Source: an uncultured Rhodobacterales bacterium (GTDB lineage: Bacteria > Pseudomonadota > Alphaproteobacteria > Rhodobacterales > Rhodobacteraceae). From it: a stretch of DNA of 56,135 nt. Made by a program: the position numbers and the translations under genes. Location: the NCBI GenBank assembly GCA_964476315.1, contig CAYZAD010000002.1, positions 1-56,135 of the forward strand, in the 5' to 3' direction. Below are positions 39,317 through 50,528 of this stretch, one piece after another. How positions within the stretch are numbered: position 1 is the stretch's first letter; every line of letters begins with the position of its first letter. The notes under the pieces are model-generated. The model worked only from the letters and a program-made list of their open reading frames with translations. It was not told the origin of the DNA and ran no database searches.

Positions 39317-40013
39317 GGCGGCGCTCATCGAACTGCGCGGCATTTCGCGGGTCTACGGCACCGGCGCCAGCGAGGTGCGCGCCCTCGATGGTGTGGATTT
39401 GACAATCGAGGACGGAGAATTCGTCGCGATCATGGGGCCAAGCGGCTCTGGCAAGTCAACGGCGCTGAATGTGATCGGATGTCTCGACAGTCCGACAGGT
39501 GGCGCGTACCGGTTTTGCGGCACAGAAATCGCGTCACTTACGCGGGACCAACTGGCCTTGCTGCGGCGCAACTACCTTGGCTTCGTGTTTCAGGGATACA
39601 ATCTTCTGGCGCGCACCAGCGCATTGCACAATGTCGAACTGCCGCTGATCTACAAGGGTCTGCCCCGCGCGGAACGGTTGCGGGCGGCGCATGCCGCCCT
39701 TGCCAAGGTGGGGCTGGATCATCGTGCGTACCACCAGCCATCCGAACTGTCCGGCGGGCAGCAGCAGCGCGTGGCCATTGCACGCGCGCTTGTCGGTCGT
39801 CCCCGGGTCGTTCTTGCGGATGAGCCGACGGGCAATCTTGATACCAGGCGTTCGGTTGAGATCATGAAGCTTTTGCAGGGCCTGAACCGAGAAACCGGGC
39901 TGACCATCGTGATGGTCACTCATGAACGTGATATGGCGGATTTTGCCAATCGTCTGATCTGGATGGTCGATGGTCGTATCGAACGCGACGAACAGATCGA
40001 AAAGGCTGCGTGA
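39309..40013 (+). CDS. ABC ATP-binding protein (MacB/LolD-like)
   Basis: GPSGSGKST, LSGGQQQRVAIARAL, LADEPTGNLD. Confidence 0.94.
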   Translation: MDEAALIELRGISRVYGTGASEVRALDGVDLTIEDGEFVAIMGPSGSGKSTALNVIGCLDSPTGGAYRFCGTEIASLTRDQLALLRRNYLGFVFQGYNLLARTSALHNVELPLIYKGLPRAERLRAAHAALAKVGLDHRAYHQPSELSGGQQQRVAIARALVGRPRVVLADEPTGNLDTRRSVEIMKLLQGLNRETGLTIVMVTHERDMADFANRLIWMVDGRIERDEQIEKAA

Positions 40014-40014
40014 C

Positions 40015-41226
40015 ATGCTTTGGGAGGCAATAGTCCTTGCGCTGCAGGCCGTATCCCGCAACGCGCTCAGGTCATTCCTGACAGTGCTGGGGGTGGTCAT
40101 CGGTGTCGGGGCTGTGATTGCCATGGTGACAGTGGGCCAGGGATCTGCGGATCAGGTGACCGCCGACGTGGAAAAGCTGGGCACCAATATCGTGATGGTG
40201 ATGCCCGGACAGGACGCGATGCAGGGCGGTCCGTCCGGAGGGTCCGCGGTTCCGTTCACCTTGCGGGACAATGACCGGCTCGAAGAGCAGCTTGGCCTTG
40301 TCGATATGTCGGCCCCGATTGCCGCGACGCGGGCGCGCGCCGTATTCGGAAATGAAAACCTACGGACGGACGTAATCGGAACCGACAATCGTTACCTTGA
40401 GGCCGCGAATTGGGATCTTGCACGGGGGCGCTCCTTTGAAATCGCCGAGGCGCAATCCGGGCGCGCCGTGTGCATTCTTGGTGAAACCGTGCGCGCAGAG
40501 CTGTTCGGCATGTCTGACCCTGTCGGCGAGACGATCCGCATCAAATCCGTGTCGTGCGAGGTCATTGGCCTGCTCAAATCAAAAGGGGCGTCAACATTCG
40601 GAAGCGATCAGGACGATTTCGTGCTGATGCCGATCAAGACCTATCATCGCCGTATTGTCGGCAATTCGGATGTCACGACGATGTACGTCTCCGTCCGCGA
40701 TGGTGTGTCCATGGACCGTGCCAAGGCCGAAATCGAAGCCTACATGCGCGACATCCGCCGCATCGGGCGTGGCGAAGAAGACGACTTTACCGTCATGGAC
40801 ATGAAGCAGCTCGCGACCATGCTGTCCGGCATCACGGATATTCTGACCGGACTGCTGGCAGCGGTCGCCATGGTCAGCCTTCTGGTGGGCGGGATCGGGA
40901 TCATGAACATCATGTTGGTCTCGGTAACGGAACGCACGCGCGAAATTGGCATCCGTTTGGCCGTGGGCGCGCAGGCCAAGCAGGTGTTGATGCAATTCCT
41001 TGTCGAAGCTGTCGTGTTGTCCCTGATCGGCGGCCTGGTCGGTGTCATTCTGGGGTTGCTGTTCGGCTATGTCGGAGCTCAGGTTCTGTCCGTTCCCTTT
41101 GCCCCGGATCCGGTCATCGTTCTTGTGGCGTTCGGCTTTTCCGCGGCCGTGGGTGTTGTGTTCGGCTATTTCCCCGCACGCCGCGCAGCCCGTTTGAACC
41201 CGATCGAAGCCCTGCGGCACGAATGA
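40015..41226 (+). CDS. ABC permease (MacB/FtsX-like)
   Basis: RSFLTVLGVVIGV, VGGIGIMNIMLVSVTERTREIG, PARRAARLNPIEALR. Confidence 0.94.
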   Translation: MLWEAIVLALQAVSRNALRSFLTVLGVVIGVGAVIAMVTVGQGSADQVTADVEKLGTNIVMVMPGQDAMQGGPSGGSAVPFTLRDNDRLEEQLGLVDMSAPIAATRARAVFGNENLRTDVIGTDNRYLEAANWDLARGRSFEIAEAQSGRAVCILGETVRAELFGMSDPVGETIRIKSVSCEVIGLLKSKGASTFGSDQDDFVLMPIKTYHRRIVGNSDVTTMYVSVRDGVSMDRAKAEIEAYMRDIRRIGRGEEDDFTVMDMKQLATMLSGITDILTGLLAAVAMVSLLVGGIGIMNIMLVSVTERTREIGIRLAVGAQAKQVLMQFLVEAVVLSLIGGLVGVILGLLFGYVGAQVLSVPFAPDPVIVLVAFGFSAAVGVVFGYFPARRAARLNPIEALRHE

Positions 41227-41245
41227 TCCTTCGGAACGGGACAGA

Positions 41246-41259
41246 TTGAGGCGTGTCAA
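41246..41259. promoter_or_regulatory. FNR/FixK-type box upstream of the HhH protein gene
   Basis: TTGAG-GCGT-GTCAA, flanked GA...TC. Confidence 0.65.
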
Positions 41260-41332
41260 TCGGACGGGCTGGCGGGTTGCTAGGATTCCCACACCAACCA
41301 AAGCACCAAGTGCGTCGCTGGCGGGAGCAAAC

Positions 41333-42211
41333 GTGGTCGCGGACGAAGCAAAAGCCGAAAACCGGTTCATAAGCGAAAAGCTGGCCGAAGTCGCGGACCT
41401 GTTGTCCGGGCAGGGCGCTGATCCGTTTCGCGTGCGTGCCTATCGCGAAGCGGCGACCTTCGTTGCGGAGATGTCCGAAAGCCTGCGCGACATTCTGAAC
41501 GCGCGTGGCACACAGGGACTGGAGGACTTGCCAACGATAGGGCCGTCGATTGCAGGTGCGATTGCCGAATTGCTGCACACTGGCGATCTGGGAACCATCC
41601 AACGCCTCAGAGGCGAGGTGGACCCGGAGCAGGTGTTGCTGACGGTTCCGACGATTGGCCCTCTTCTGGCCAGCAAGATCCATGAGGAATTGGGTGTTGA
41701 AACGCTCGAAGGTCTGGAGGCCGCGGCCTATGACGGGCGGTTGGAAGCGCTGGGCGGCATAGGCCCGCGCCGTTTGCGCAGTATCCGGCATTCGCTGTCC
41801 GAAATGCTTGCGCGTCGCCGCGTGCCGCGACTTGCCAACAGTATGCCCGCGCCACCGGTGGACGAGATACTTGATGTCGACCGCGAATACCGACAGCGGG
41901 ACAAGCAGAACGATCTGCCCCGGATCGCACCGCGCCGGTTCAATCCTTCCGGCGCAGCCACATTGCCCATCTTGCACACCAAGCGCGGGCCGTGGCGGCT
42001 GACGGCCCTTTATTCCAACACACCAAATGCCCACAGGCTGCACCGCACACGCGACTGGGTCGTCGTTTATTTCGAAAAGGATGGCACCTCGGAAGGGCAG
42101 TGCACCGTCGTGACCGAAACCCGGGGGCCGTTCAAGGGGGACCGCGTGGTCCGCGGGCACGAACCGCACCCATCGACGAAACGGAATCAACGTAAGGAAA
42201 CCAAGCCATGA
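41333..42211 (+). CDS. Helix-hairpin-helix DNA-binding protein resembling the PolX N-terminus, without the polymerase palm
   Basis: FRVRAYREAA, LPTIGPSIA, VPTIGPLLA, LGGIGPRR HhH motifs; distinct C-terminal domain; GTG start after GGGAG. Confidence 0.82.
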   Translation: MVADEAKAENRFISEKLAEVADLLSGQGADPFRVRAYREAATFVAEMSESLRDILNARGTQGLEDLPTIGPSIAGAIAELLHTGDLGTIQRLRGEVDPEQVLLTVPTIGPLLASKIHEELGVETLEGLEAAAYDGRLEALGGIGPRRLRSIRHSLSEMLARRRVPRLANSMPAPPVDEILDVDREYRQRDKQNDLPRIAPRRFNPSGAATLPILHTKRGPWRLTALYSNTPNAHRLHRTRDWVVVYFEKDGTSEGQCTVVTETRGPFKGDRVVRGHEPHPSTKRNQRKETKP

Positions 42212-42648
42212 AACGAACAAAAACCTGGGTCATCGTCGCAGATGGAGACAGCGCGCGCCTGTTCGATTTGCCGGGCCGCAATGCCGCGCTCGTGCCGCTC
42301 GAAGATCACGTCTGGACCGCGCCGGACATCAACGAATACGCTGACAGTCAAGGCATGTCGCATTCCAGCGTTGGGCCTTCCCAGCACCGCATGACCCCAC
42401 GTACGGAACCGGATGAGTTGAGCCTTGATGCCTTTGCGCGTGTCATCAGCGACAAGCTGTTGGACGCGTTGCGAGACGGTCGCTACGAACGTCTGGTTCT
42501 CACCGCCGCGCCGCGCCTTATGGGGTTCCTGCGGAACCACCTTGATCCGGCGGTGCGCGAAACTGTCTGGATGGAGATCGACAAGGATTTTGCGCCCTTG
42601 CCGCTGGACAAGCTCGACAAGGCACTGGAGCCGCATCTTTTCCCGTAG
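42208..42648 (+). CDS. Host-attachment protein family (bacterial aeRF1-like, baeRF12)
   Basis: TWVIVADG.SARLF ... FAR.I...L ... LVLTAAPRLMG.LR..L....  EIDKD. Confidence 0.85.
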   Translation: MKRTKTWVIVADGDSARLFDLPGRNAALVPLEDHVWTAPDINEYADSQGMSHSSVGPSQHRMTPRTEPDELSLDAFARVISDKLLDALRDGRYERLVLTAAPRLMGFLRNHLDPAVRETVWMEIDKDFAPLPLDKLDKALEPHLFP

Positions 42649-42662
42649 CGCGAAGGTGATAA

Positions 42663-42908
42663 TCAGGCGGTTTGCGCGTCGAGGTATGCGACAAGCGTAT
42701 CGAAACTGCGCATGCGAGGGTAATCGGCCTCGGGCATGGGGAGGGCAAAACGTTTGCCCAGCGCGGTGACGAGGTTCAGGAAATCCATCGAGTCGATGTC
42801 ATATTCCTCTCGCAAATCGCCGCCTCGGTCGATGTCATCCAGTTCAATGTCCGGTGCGATCCTGCGCAGTTCTTCGGCGACGGCGGTTTCTGTCGGGGTC
42901 AGGGTCAT
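42663..42908 (-). CDS. Acyl carrier protein
   Basis: 81 aa, acidic, DIDSMD phosphopantetheine motif. Confidence 0.88.
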   Translation of the reverse strand: MTLTPTETAVAEELRRIAPDIELDDIDRGGDLREEYDIDSMDFLNLVTALGKRFALPMPEADYPRMRSFDTLVAYLDAQTA

Positions 42909-44149
42909 AGGCGCTCCGGATGTTGCAGAAGTTTGTCGATGGCGCGCAGGAACAAGGCGCCTCTCTGGCCGTCGCTGACGCGGTGATCGGCGGCAATGGA
43001 CAGCGTTGTCATCAACCGTGGCACAACCTCGTTGTTCACAACTGTCGGTCGCAAGCGCGGCACACCCATGCCCACGATGGCGACCTGAGGCGGATAGATC
43101 ACACCAAAGACCACATCGGTCCCGCGTTCGCCAAGACTGGTGAGCGTGACCGTGGCGTCGGACAACTCTCTTGCGCGAAAGCGACCGGACCGGACGCGCG
43201 TTGTCAGGTCGCGCATGTTTGTCATCAAGGCGTCAAGGCTTTGCGTGTCCGCATCAAAGAGCGCAGGTGCGACAAGCCCGCCCGAGCGGATGTTGATCGC
43301 GAACCCAAGGTGAACGGCATCGGCCGCGCGGAATGCATTGTCGATATAATGCCCGTTGAATTCCGGATACTTGGCCAGCGCAACAGCCACAGCCTTTGCG
43401 CAGACAGCACCGTTCAATATCCGGTCAGAGGGCGCGCGATCCGCATTCACCTCTGACACAAAGGCATCGACGGCAGAGAGGTCGACATCATGCGACAGGT
43501 AGTAATGCGGTATCTCGCGCTTTGAACGTGACATTGCGGCGGCGATGGCGCTTCGGAAGTCGGTCGTGACGGTCTTCGTCTCTTGAGGCGTGGCTGCGTC
43601 CGGCTGCGCCTCGATATCGCGACGGGTGATGACGCTGTCACGCGCCATCCCGTGCGCCAGACTTGCGATGTCGATACCGCGCTGTGCTGCCAAGCGTCTC
43701 GCGGCGGGCGTCACACGGGGCCGGTGCGCGGCGGGGCGTTTGGCCTTGATCGGCGTGGCGTCGGGGCTTGCGGGCAGGGCGGTCTCCCGCGACGGCGGCG
43801 CGACAGTTTCGGGCTGAGGGCGGACCGTTTCTGCGGTTGAAGGCGTGGCCTTTTGCGCGGTTTCCCGCGCAGCGGCGGGCGCGTCGGTATCTACCTCGGG
43901 CGGTGGATGATCGCTGCTGTCCCGGATCAGGGCAAGAGGAGCCCCAACGGGCACGGTCTTGCCAATATCGGCCAGCCATCTTTCAAAGGTGCCGTCTTGA
44001 AAGACCTCGATCTCGATCACGCCTTTCTGCGTTTCCACGGCGCCGATCACATCGCCCGCCCGCACCGTGTCACCGGGCGACACGGCCTGTTCCACCAGTG
44101 TGCCAGAGTCCATGTCCGATCCCAAAGAGGGCATCCTGAATTCGCTCAT
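42905..44149 (-). CDS. 2-oxo-acid dehydrogenase E2 (dihydrolipoamide acyltransferase)
   Basis: Lipoyl domain [21 protein letters not shown], catalytic DHRVSDG. Confidence 0.92.
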   Translation of the reverse strand: MSEFRMPSLGSDMDSGTLVEQAVSPGDTVRAGDVIGAVETQKGVIEIEVFQDGTFERWLADIGKTVPVGAPLALIRDSSDHPPPEVDTDAPAAARETAQKATPSTAETVRPQPETVAPPSRETALPASPDATPIKAKRPAAHRPRVTPAARRLAAQRGIDIASLAHGMARDSVITRRDIEAQPDAATPQETKTVTTDFRSAIAAAMSRSKREIPHYYLSHDVDLSAVDAFVSEVNADRAPSDRILNGAVCAKAVAVALAKYPEFNGHYIDNAFRAADAVHLGFAINIRSGGLVAPALFDADTQSLDALMTNMRDLTTRVRSGRFRARELSDATVTLTSLGERGTDVVFGVIYPPQVAIVGMGVPRLRPTVVNNEVVPRLMTTLSIAADHRVSDGQRGALFLRAIDKLLQHPERL

Positions 44150-46155
44150 GGTGCCAGATCCACCACGCGAAGGGCGGCCTCGATGATTTTCTGGGTTTGC
44201 GGAATCGCGGCCTGTTCAAGATGGTGTGCGTAAGGAATGGGCACCTCTTCGCTGCACACACGGGCAAGCGGCGCGTCCAGTTCAAAGAACGCATCCTCGG
44301 CAAGGCGCATGCCGATCTCGGCCGAAAGGCTGCCGCTGCGCCATCCTTCGTCCACGATCACCACCCGACGGGTCTTGGTCACCGATGTCAGGATCGTTTC
44401 CATGTCCAGGGGTCGCAGCGACCGAAGATCGACGACATCGGCACTGATGTTGTGTTCCTGCCAAAGCCGCTCGGCGGCAAGCACCGTCTTGTGCAGCGAT
44501 CCGCCATAGGTGATGAGCGAAACATCATCCCCGACATGCCGAAGCGCTGCACGGTCAATCCCGACGGCTCCTGCGTTTTCGGCCAGAGAGCCTTCCATGT
44601 TGTAAAGCATGACATTTTCAAAGATCAGCACTGGGTCCGGGTCCTCAAGCGCTGTCCACAGCATTCCGCGCGCGTCTTCGACCGTGGCCGGAGCGAGAAC
44701 GCGCAGACCCGGAATATGCGCATACCAGCCTTCAAGGCTGTGCGAGTGTTGTGCAGCCAGTTGCTTGCCCGCGCCGGTTGCCATGCGGATGACCAACGGG
44801 ACGCCAAACTGGTTGTTGGACATGTGCCGAAGCGTTGCGGCGGTGTTCAGGATTTGATCGAGGGCGAGCAGGGAAAAGTTCACCGTCATCAGTTCGACGA
44901 TAGGCTTCATCCCGGCAAGCGCCGCGCCGATGCCAGCCCCGGTAAAGCCGGATTCCGACAACGGCGTGTCCCGAATACGATCCGGTCCGAACTTGTCCAG
45001 CAGCCCCATGCTCACAGCGTAACAGCCGCCGTAATGCCCAACGTCTTCGCCCATCAGGAAGACGCGTGGATCCTGCGTCATCGCATCGTCAATGGCTTCG
45101 CGAACAGCCTCCCGGTACGTCGTCACGCGCATCTTTGCCGCGGGCGTGGGGGGCGGCGGTGGCGGTGGGCGCTCCGGCGACATCACGTAGCGTGTCAGTG
45201 TTTCCACGGGCTCGTTGTTTCCGGCCTCGGCGAACGCAACCGCTTGGGCGATTTCCGCGTCCACGTCGCCCGTGATCTCGTCAATCTCCTTCTGATGCAG
45301 CAGTCCGGTTTCGGTCAGCCATCTCTGGAACCGCACAATCGGCCCTTTCTCGCGCCACTCGGCAACCTCTTCCTTGGAGCGATACAGTTGTGCATCGAAC
45401 ATGGAATGCGGTCGAAAGCGGTAGGTCTTGCATTCCAGAAAAACAGGCGCGCCCGTTTCCGCGATGGTTCTCAGGGCGTTTCGTGCGGCGGCTTCAACCG
45501 CGACGACATCCATGCCATCCACAGACATCGCCGTCATCCCATATGAAGCAGCCTTGGCTGTGAGATTGGTCTCGCTTTCCGTCAGGTCCAGAGCCGACCC
45601 CATCGCGTAGCCATTGTTCTCGCACACGAACAGAACAGGGAGGTTCCAAAGCATGGCGAGGTTCATGGATTCGTGGAACTCGCCCTCGGCGACGGCGCCC
45701 TCCCCAAAGAAACAGGCTGTGACCCGATCCGTGTTCTGCATCCGGTCGGCAAGGCCCAGCCCGACAGCCAGAGGCAATCCGCCCCCAACAATGGCGTTGC
45801 CGCCATAGAAGTTGTGCGCGCGGCTGAAGAGATGCATCGAACCGCCGCGTCCCCCGGCGCATCCTTCGGTCTTGCCGTACATTTCGGCCAGAACAGCGCC
45901 CATGGGAACGCCGCGCGCCAGTGCGTGACCATGTTCGCGGTAGGTCGCGACCACCCGGTCCTGCGGCTGCAGCGCGGGAATGATGCCGGCCGCGATGGCT
46001 TCCTCGCCGTCGTACAAATGCAAAAAGCCGCGGATCTTTTCCTGGGTATACAACTCGGCGCATTTGCTTTCGAACCTTCGGATGCGGATCATCTCCCTCA
46101 GAAGCGCGCGAACATGGTCGTGATCAAGACGGGGTTTCACCTGTGTTTTGGTCAT
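44146..46155 (-). CDS. Fused E1 alpha/beta subunit of a pyruvate-dehydrogenase-like complex
   Basis: Alpha: [29 protein letters not shown]; Pro-rich linker; beta: [28 protein letters not shown]. Confidence 0.93.
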   Translation of the reverse strand: MTKTQVKPRLDHDHVRALLREMIRIRRFESKCAELYTQEKIRGFLHLYDGEEAIAAGIIPALQPQDRVVATYREHGHALARGVPMGAVLAEMYGKTEGCAGGRGGSMHLFSRAHNFYGGNAIVGGGLPLAVGLGLADRMQNTDRVTACFFGEGAVAEGEFHESMNLAMLWNLPVLFVCENNGYAMGSALDLTESETNLTAKAASYGMTAMSVDGMDVVAVEAAARNALRTIAETGAPVFLECKTYRFRPHSMFDAQLYRSKEEVAEWREKGPIVRFQRWLTETGLLHQKEIDEITGDVDAEIAQAVAFAEAGNNEPVETLTRYVMSPERPPPPPPPTPAAKMRVTTYREAVREAIDDAMTQDPRVFLMGEDVGHYGGCYAVSMGLLDKFGPDRIRDTPLSESGFTGAGIGAALAGMKPIVELMTVNFSLLALDQILNTAATLRHMSNNQFGVPLVIRMATGAGKQLAAQHSHSLEGWYAHIPGLRVLAPATVEDARGMLWTALEDPDPVLIFENVMLYNMEGSLAENAGAVGIDRAALRHVGDDVSLITYGGSLHKTVLAAERLWQEHNISADVVDLRSLRPLDMETILTSVTKTRRVVIVDEGWRSGSLSAEIGMRLAEDAFFELDAPLARVCSEEVPIPYAHHLEQAAIPQTQKIIEAALRVVDLAP

Positions 46156-47903
46156 TTTTCGTCGCTCTCCAATGTGGAAATATCCCCCTCCGGCAATCCC
46201 AGTTCGCGGGCTTTCAACAGCCGCCGCATGATCTTGCCGCTGCGTGTCTTGGGAAGATTGGAGCGGAACGCGATGTCCTTGGGGGCAACAGCGGGCCCCA
46301 GCGCTTTCCTGGCGTGGCCAATCAGTTCAAGCTTGAGATCGTCGGAGGCGTCATACCCGGGTTTCAGTGCGACGAAGGCCTTGACGATCTCGCCAGAGGT
46401 TTCGTCAGGCACGCCAATCACGCCAACCTCTGCAACGGAAGGATGCTCCATCAGCGCGCTTTCGACTTCGAACGGACCGATCAGGTGGCCCGCACTCTTG
46501 ATCAGGTCATTGCTGCGTCCGACAAACCAGTAATACCCGTCAGCGTCCCGCATCGCGAGATCACCGCTCAGGTACCAGCCATCGCGAAAGCATTTGGCGT
46601 AGCGCTCGTGCTCGTGCAGGTAATTGCGCATCATGGAAGGCCATCCCGGGCGCAAGGCCAGTTCGCCCATCGCCAAAGGCTCTGTCAGTTCACGCGCGCC
46701 GGTGTCCGTAACCTCGACAATTCCGGCCTCGATCCCCGGAAGGGGTTTGCCCATGGAGCCGGGTTTAATGTCCATGCCCGCGTAATTGGCGATCATGATG
46801 CCGCCGGTTTCCGTCTGCCACCAATTGTCATGAAAGGGCCGGCCAAGAGTCTCGTTTGCCCAGATCACGGCCTCGGGGTTCAATGGCTCACCGACGCTTG
46901 CCATGAACCTGAGGTTCGGAAATGTGTGGGCGCTCGCGGCCTCTGCGCCTGCTTTCATCAACATGCGGATCGCGGTCGGTGCCGTGTACCAGACAGAGAC
47001 GTTTTCCCGGGCAAGCGTGCCGTACCACCGTTCGACGTCAAATTCGGCCTCATCGACGATCATCGTCACGCGGTTGGTCAGGGGGGCGACAATGCCGTAA
47101 GACGTACCCGTGACCCAGCCTGGATCGGCTGTGCACCAATAGATGTCGCCGGGACGCAGATCGAGCGCGATGCGACCGGTCGTGTGATGCGCCACGACGG
47201 CTTCGTGAACATGCACGACGCCCTTTGGCTTGCCGGTTGTGCCAGACGTGAAATGCAAGAGCGCCATGTCTTCCGGGTCCATGTGCGTGGTCTCGAACTC
47301 GGGTGACGCCGTTTCCATGAGTGATGCCAGAGGAAGGGTGCCGTCCACGGCGTCGTCCTGATCCACCACGAAGACCTCCCGCAAGGCGGGCAGGGCACTG
47401 CGGATGCCTTTCACCTTGCGCTTGTACAGTCGGGAACTGGTCACAAGGACGGCGGCATCGCCAATGTTCATGCGGGACTGGATCGGTTCTGGCCCGAAGG
47501 CCGAAAACAGGGGGCAAAAGACGGCGCCCGCCTTGAGCGTTCCAAGCGCTGCAATGTACAACTCCGGGACCCGGCCCATAAGCGAATAGATGCGCTCTCC
47601 TTTCTGGATGCCATGGGTCTTCAGAACATTGGCGAACCGGTTTGTCCGGGCTTGCAGTTCGGTATAGGTGAAATCGATGGTCGTGCCTGACTTCGCAATC
47701 CAGCGCAGCGCAATCTGATCACCATGTCCGGCAGACACATGGCGGTCGATGGCGACATGGGCGATGTTCAGTGTCCCGTCACCGAAATAGTCAATCGCGC
47801 TGCGTGCGTTGTCCCAGGTGAAGCTGTCCCGTTCCCTTTCATAGTCCGGCATATTCGCGGTTTGGCGCGTTTGAAGGGGTTTCTCGATACGCGGCGTGTC
47901 CAT
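46152..47903 (-). CDS. acsA: Acetate--CoA ligase (AcsA-type)
   Basis: [50 protein letters not shown]. Confidence 0.92.
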   Translation of the reverse strand: MDTPRIEKPLQTRQTANMPDYERERDSFTWDNARSAIDYFGDGTLNIAHVAIDRHVSAGHGDQIALRWIAKSGTTIDFTYTELQARTNRFANVLKTHGIQKGERIYSLMGRVPELYIAALGTLKAGAVFCPLFSAFGPEPIQSRMNIGDAAVLVTSSRLYKRKVKGIRSALPALREVFVVDQDDAVDGTLPLASLMETASPEFETTHMDPEDMALLHFTSGTTGKPKGVVHVHEAVVAHHTTGRIALDLRPGDIYWCTADPGWVTGTSYGIVAPLTNRVTMIVDEAEFDVERWYGTLARENVSVWYTAPTAIRMLMKAGAEAASAHTFPNLRFMASVGEPLNPEAVIWANETLGRPFHDNWWQTETGGIMIANYAGMDIKPGSMGKPLPGIEAGIVEVTDTGARELTEPLAMGELALRPGWPSMMRNYLHEHERYAKCFRDGWYLSGDLAMRDADGYYWFVGRSNDLIKSAGHLIGPFEVESALMEHPSVAEVGVIGVPDETSGEIVKAFVALKPGYDASDDLKLELIGHARKALGPAVAPKDIAFRSNLPKTRSGKIMRRLLKARELGLPEGDISTLESDEK

Positions 47904-47953
47904 GCGGCAAGGTCCTTTCGCGTCCGACCTTAGGAAACATCCGCCCAGCCAGA

Positions 47954-47967
47954 TTGACGTGCGTCAA
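47954..47967. promoter_or_regulatory. FNR/FixK-type box in the acsA / Lon divergent intergenic region
   Basis: TTGAC-GTGC-GTCAA with perfect arms. Confidence 0.82.
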
Positions 47968-48080
47968 TTTCAAAAGCGGGCCGTCGCCTAGCTTGGCGAC
48001 AGGTGCTGACAGGCGGTAAATACGTGCTGTTTCCTGTTTGCACAGGGCTTGCCCAAGCGAAACAGAAAGGGGCGCTGCAC

Positions 48081-50528
48081 GTGGTGCAAAGATCGAAATC
48101 CGTCACAAAACGCCTCAAGCCAGAAGACCTGCGCAGAACATTCGATCCCGCAGAGTTTGGCTTTGCGACCACGGACGAGATTGCAGATCCGGATCGGCAT
48201 CCGGGGCAGGGACGGGCCATCGAAGCGGTCACCCTTTCAGTGCGCATGCAACTGCGGGAATTCAATGCATATGTTCTTGGTTCGGAAGGATTCGGTCGGC
48301 ATCGCGCCGTGCATCGCATTCTTGAAGCGGAGAAGAAAAACCGACCCGCCCCGCCGGATTGGGTCTATGTCAACAACTTCGAAACCCCGCATCGCCCCCG
48401 CGCGCTGAAGCTGCCGCCGGGATCGGCCGTTGTCCTCAAGCGTGCGATGCAGGATATGATTGATGACCTTGGCAACGACATTCCGGCCTTGTTTGCTTCG
48501 GACGAATACCAGACCCAGCGTCGCGTTCTGGATCAGGAGTTCGGCGGGCGTCACGAAGCGGAACTGGGGGCTTTCGCGGAAAAGGCGCGGGCCGAGGACG
48601 TGGCGCTTATCCGTACGCCTTTGGGCTTCGTGCTTGCCGCGATTGTCGACGGGAATGTCATAGAACCCGCTGCCTTCGAAAAACTGGACGAAAAAACCCG
48701 CAAGGAGATCGAGGAAAAGATCGGGCGGTTGCAGGAAGACCTGGCCAAGGTGTTGCGCAATGCGCCCAAGCTGGAACGCGAACATCGCCAGCGGTTGATC
48801 CAGCTGCATGCAGAAATGGCAGAACGGACCGTGTCAGAACGACTGGCCGAAGTGGCACAGATCCTGCCCGCCGACCCGGCCCTCAAATCCCATCTCGAAG
48901 CGGTGCGTCAGGATATCATCGACAATGCGGAACTGTTCCTGGGGGCCGCAGGCGGAGATGGAGGCGACGGGCCATTCCCGGGCGGGATCGTGAAGTACCA
49001 TCTTCTCCCTGAATTCGAGCGCTACCAGGTCAATGTCATGATTTCGCACCCGCCGGATGAAGAGGCCGGCGCGCCCGTTGTCGAAGAAGACCTGCCCAGC
49101 ATGGCCCATATTGTCGGTCGCATCGAACATGTGTCCGATCAAGGCGCGCTTACAACCAACTTCACCTTGATCAAGCCGGGATGCCTGCATCGCGCCAATG
49201 GTGGCTTTCTGGTCATCGACGCAAGCCGTATCCTTTCGGAACCTTTCGCCTGGGATGCGCTCAAGCGATGCCTGAAAAGCCGGGAAATCGCGATCACCTC
49301 GATGGCGGATCGGGTCAGCCTCATTTCCACGCTGTCGCTTGAGCCGGAACCGATCCCACTGGATGTCCGGGTGATCCTGATCGGGGATCGCAGGCTTCAC
49401 TGGTTGCTGTCGCTTCTGGACCCGGAGTTTCAGGAGCTTTTCAAGATACAGGCGGATTTCGAAACCGACATGCCGAGGGATCTTGCGAATGCGACCGAAC
49501 TTGCAGCGCAGATCGCGGTCATGGCCCGCCAGAAAGACCTCAGGCCGATCAACGCGCCAGCCGTTGCGCGCCTGCTGGACGAGGCGGTGCGGCATGCCGG
49601 CGATGCCACCAAGCTGACGCTCGAGACCAGCATGCTCAATGATCTGGCCTGCGAAGCCGATCATTATGCCGGAACATCAGGCCGCGCCACCATTCAGCTT
49701 GCGGATGTGCAGCGCGCGATCGACATGAACGAAAAGCGCACCGCGCGGCTGCGTCAGCGGATGCAGGAAGCCATCTTGCGCGACACGATCCTGATCCGGA
49801 CGGACGGTGCCGTGACGGGGCAGATCAACGGTCTGTCGGTCTATGACATGGGGCGCACCAGTTTTGGGCGGCCGTCGCGTATCACCGCGCGGGCCCGGAT
49901 GGGCACCGGCAAGCTGATCGATATCGAACGCGAGGTCGAACTGGGGGGACCGCTCCATTCCAAGGGTGTTCTGATCCTGTCGGGTTATCTGTCCGCGAAC
50001 TATGCACGCGACGTGCCCATTTCCCTGCATGCGAGCATCGTTTTCGAACAGAGCTATGGCGGTGTTGATGGCGACAGCGCGTCTTCGGCCGAACTCTACG
50101 CGCTTCTTTCCGCCCTGTCTGGCGTTCCGATCCTGCAGTCCTACGCGGTGACCGGATCGGTCAACCAACACGGCGAGGTTCAGGCCATCGGTGGCGTCAA
50201 TGAAAAGATCGAAGGTTTTTTCGACATCTGCAATGAACGCGGACTGACCGGAGATCAGGGCGTTCTGATCCCGGCAGCGAATATCGAGCACCTGATGGTA
50301 CATCCCAAGGTGGTCGATGCGGTCCGCGCAGGAACGTTCAGCGTGATCCCTGTTTCGACCATTGATGAGGGCATCGAAATCCTGACAGGCAAAAAGGCGG
50401 GTAAGCGCGGTCGGAACGGGGAATACCCGAAGGGCAGTGTAAACGCCTTGGTCGAGGCAACCCTGCGCGATTACGCAAGAGCCCGGCGCGCGTTCGGGAT
50501 GCGTGACCCGTCCGAAAGCAAGACCTGA
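48081..50528 (+). CDS. Lon-family protease, LonC/AAA_32 type
   Basis: DWVYVNNF..P..P, PGCLHRANGGFL, Ser-Lys dyad VDGDSAS / GGVNEKIEGFF; degenerate Walker A (GSEGFGRH). Confidence 0.9.
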   Translation: MVQRSKSVTKRLKPEDLRRTFDPAEFGFATTDEIADPDRHPGQGRAIEAVTLSVRMQLREFNAYVLGSEGFGRHRAVHRILEAEKKNRPAPPDWVYVNNFETPHRPRALKLPPGSAVVLKRAMQDMIDDLGNDIPALFASDEYQTQRRVLDQEFGGRHEAELGAFAEKARAEDVALIRTPLGFVLAAIVDGNVIEPAAFEKLDEKTRKEIEEKIGRLQEDLAKVLRNAPKLEREHRQRLIQLHAEMAERTVSERLAEVAQILPADPALKSHLEAVRQDIIDNAELFLGAAGGDGGDGPFPGGIVKYHLLPEFERYQVNVMISHPPDEEAGAPVVEEDLPSMAHIVGRIEHVSDQGALTTNFTLIKPGCLHRANGGFLVIDASRILSEPFAWDALKRCLKSREIAITSMADRVSLISTLSLEPEPIPLDVRVILIGDRRLHWLLSLLDPEFQELFKIQADFETDMPRDLANATELAAQIAVMARQKDLRPINAPAVARLLDEAVRHAGDATKLTLETSMLNDLACEADHYAGTSGRATIQLADVQRAIDMNEKRTARLRQRMQEAILRDTILIRTDGAVTGQINGLSVYDMGRTSFGRPSRITARARMGTGKLIDIEREVELGGPLHSKGVLILSGYLSANYARDVPISLHASIVFEQSYGGVDGDSASSAELYALLSALSGVPILQSYAVTGSVNQHGEVQAIGGVNEKIEGFFDICNERGLTGDQGVLIPAANIEHLMVHPKVVDAVRAGTFSVIPVSTIDEGIEILTGKKAGKRGRNGEYPKGSVNALVEATLRDYARARRAFGMRDPSESKT

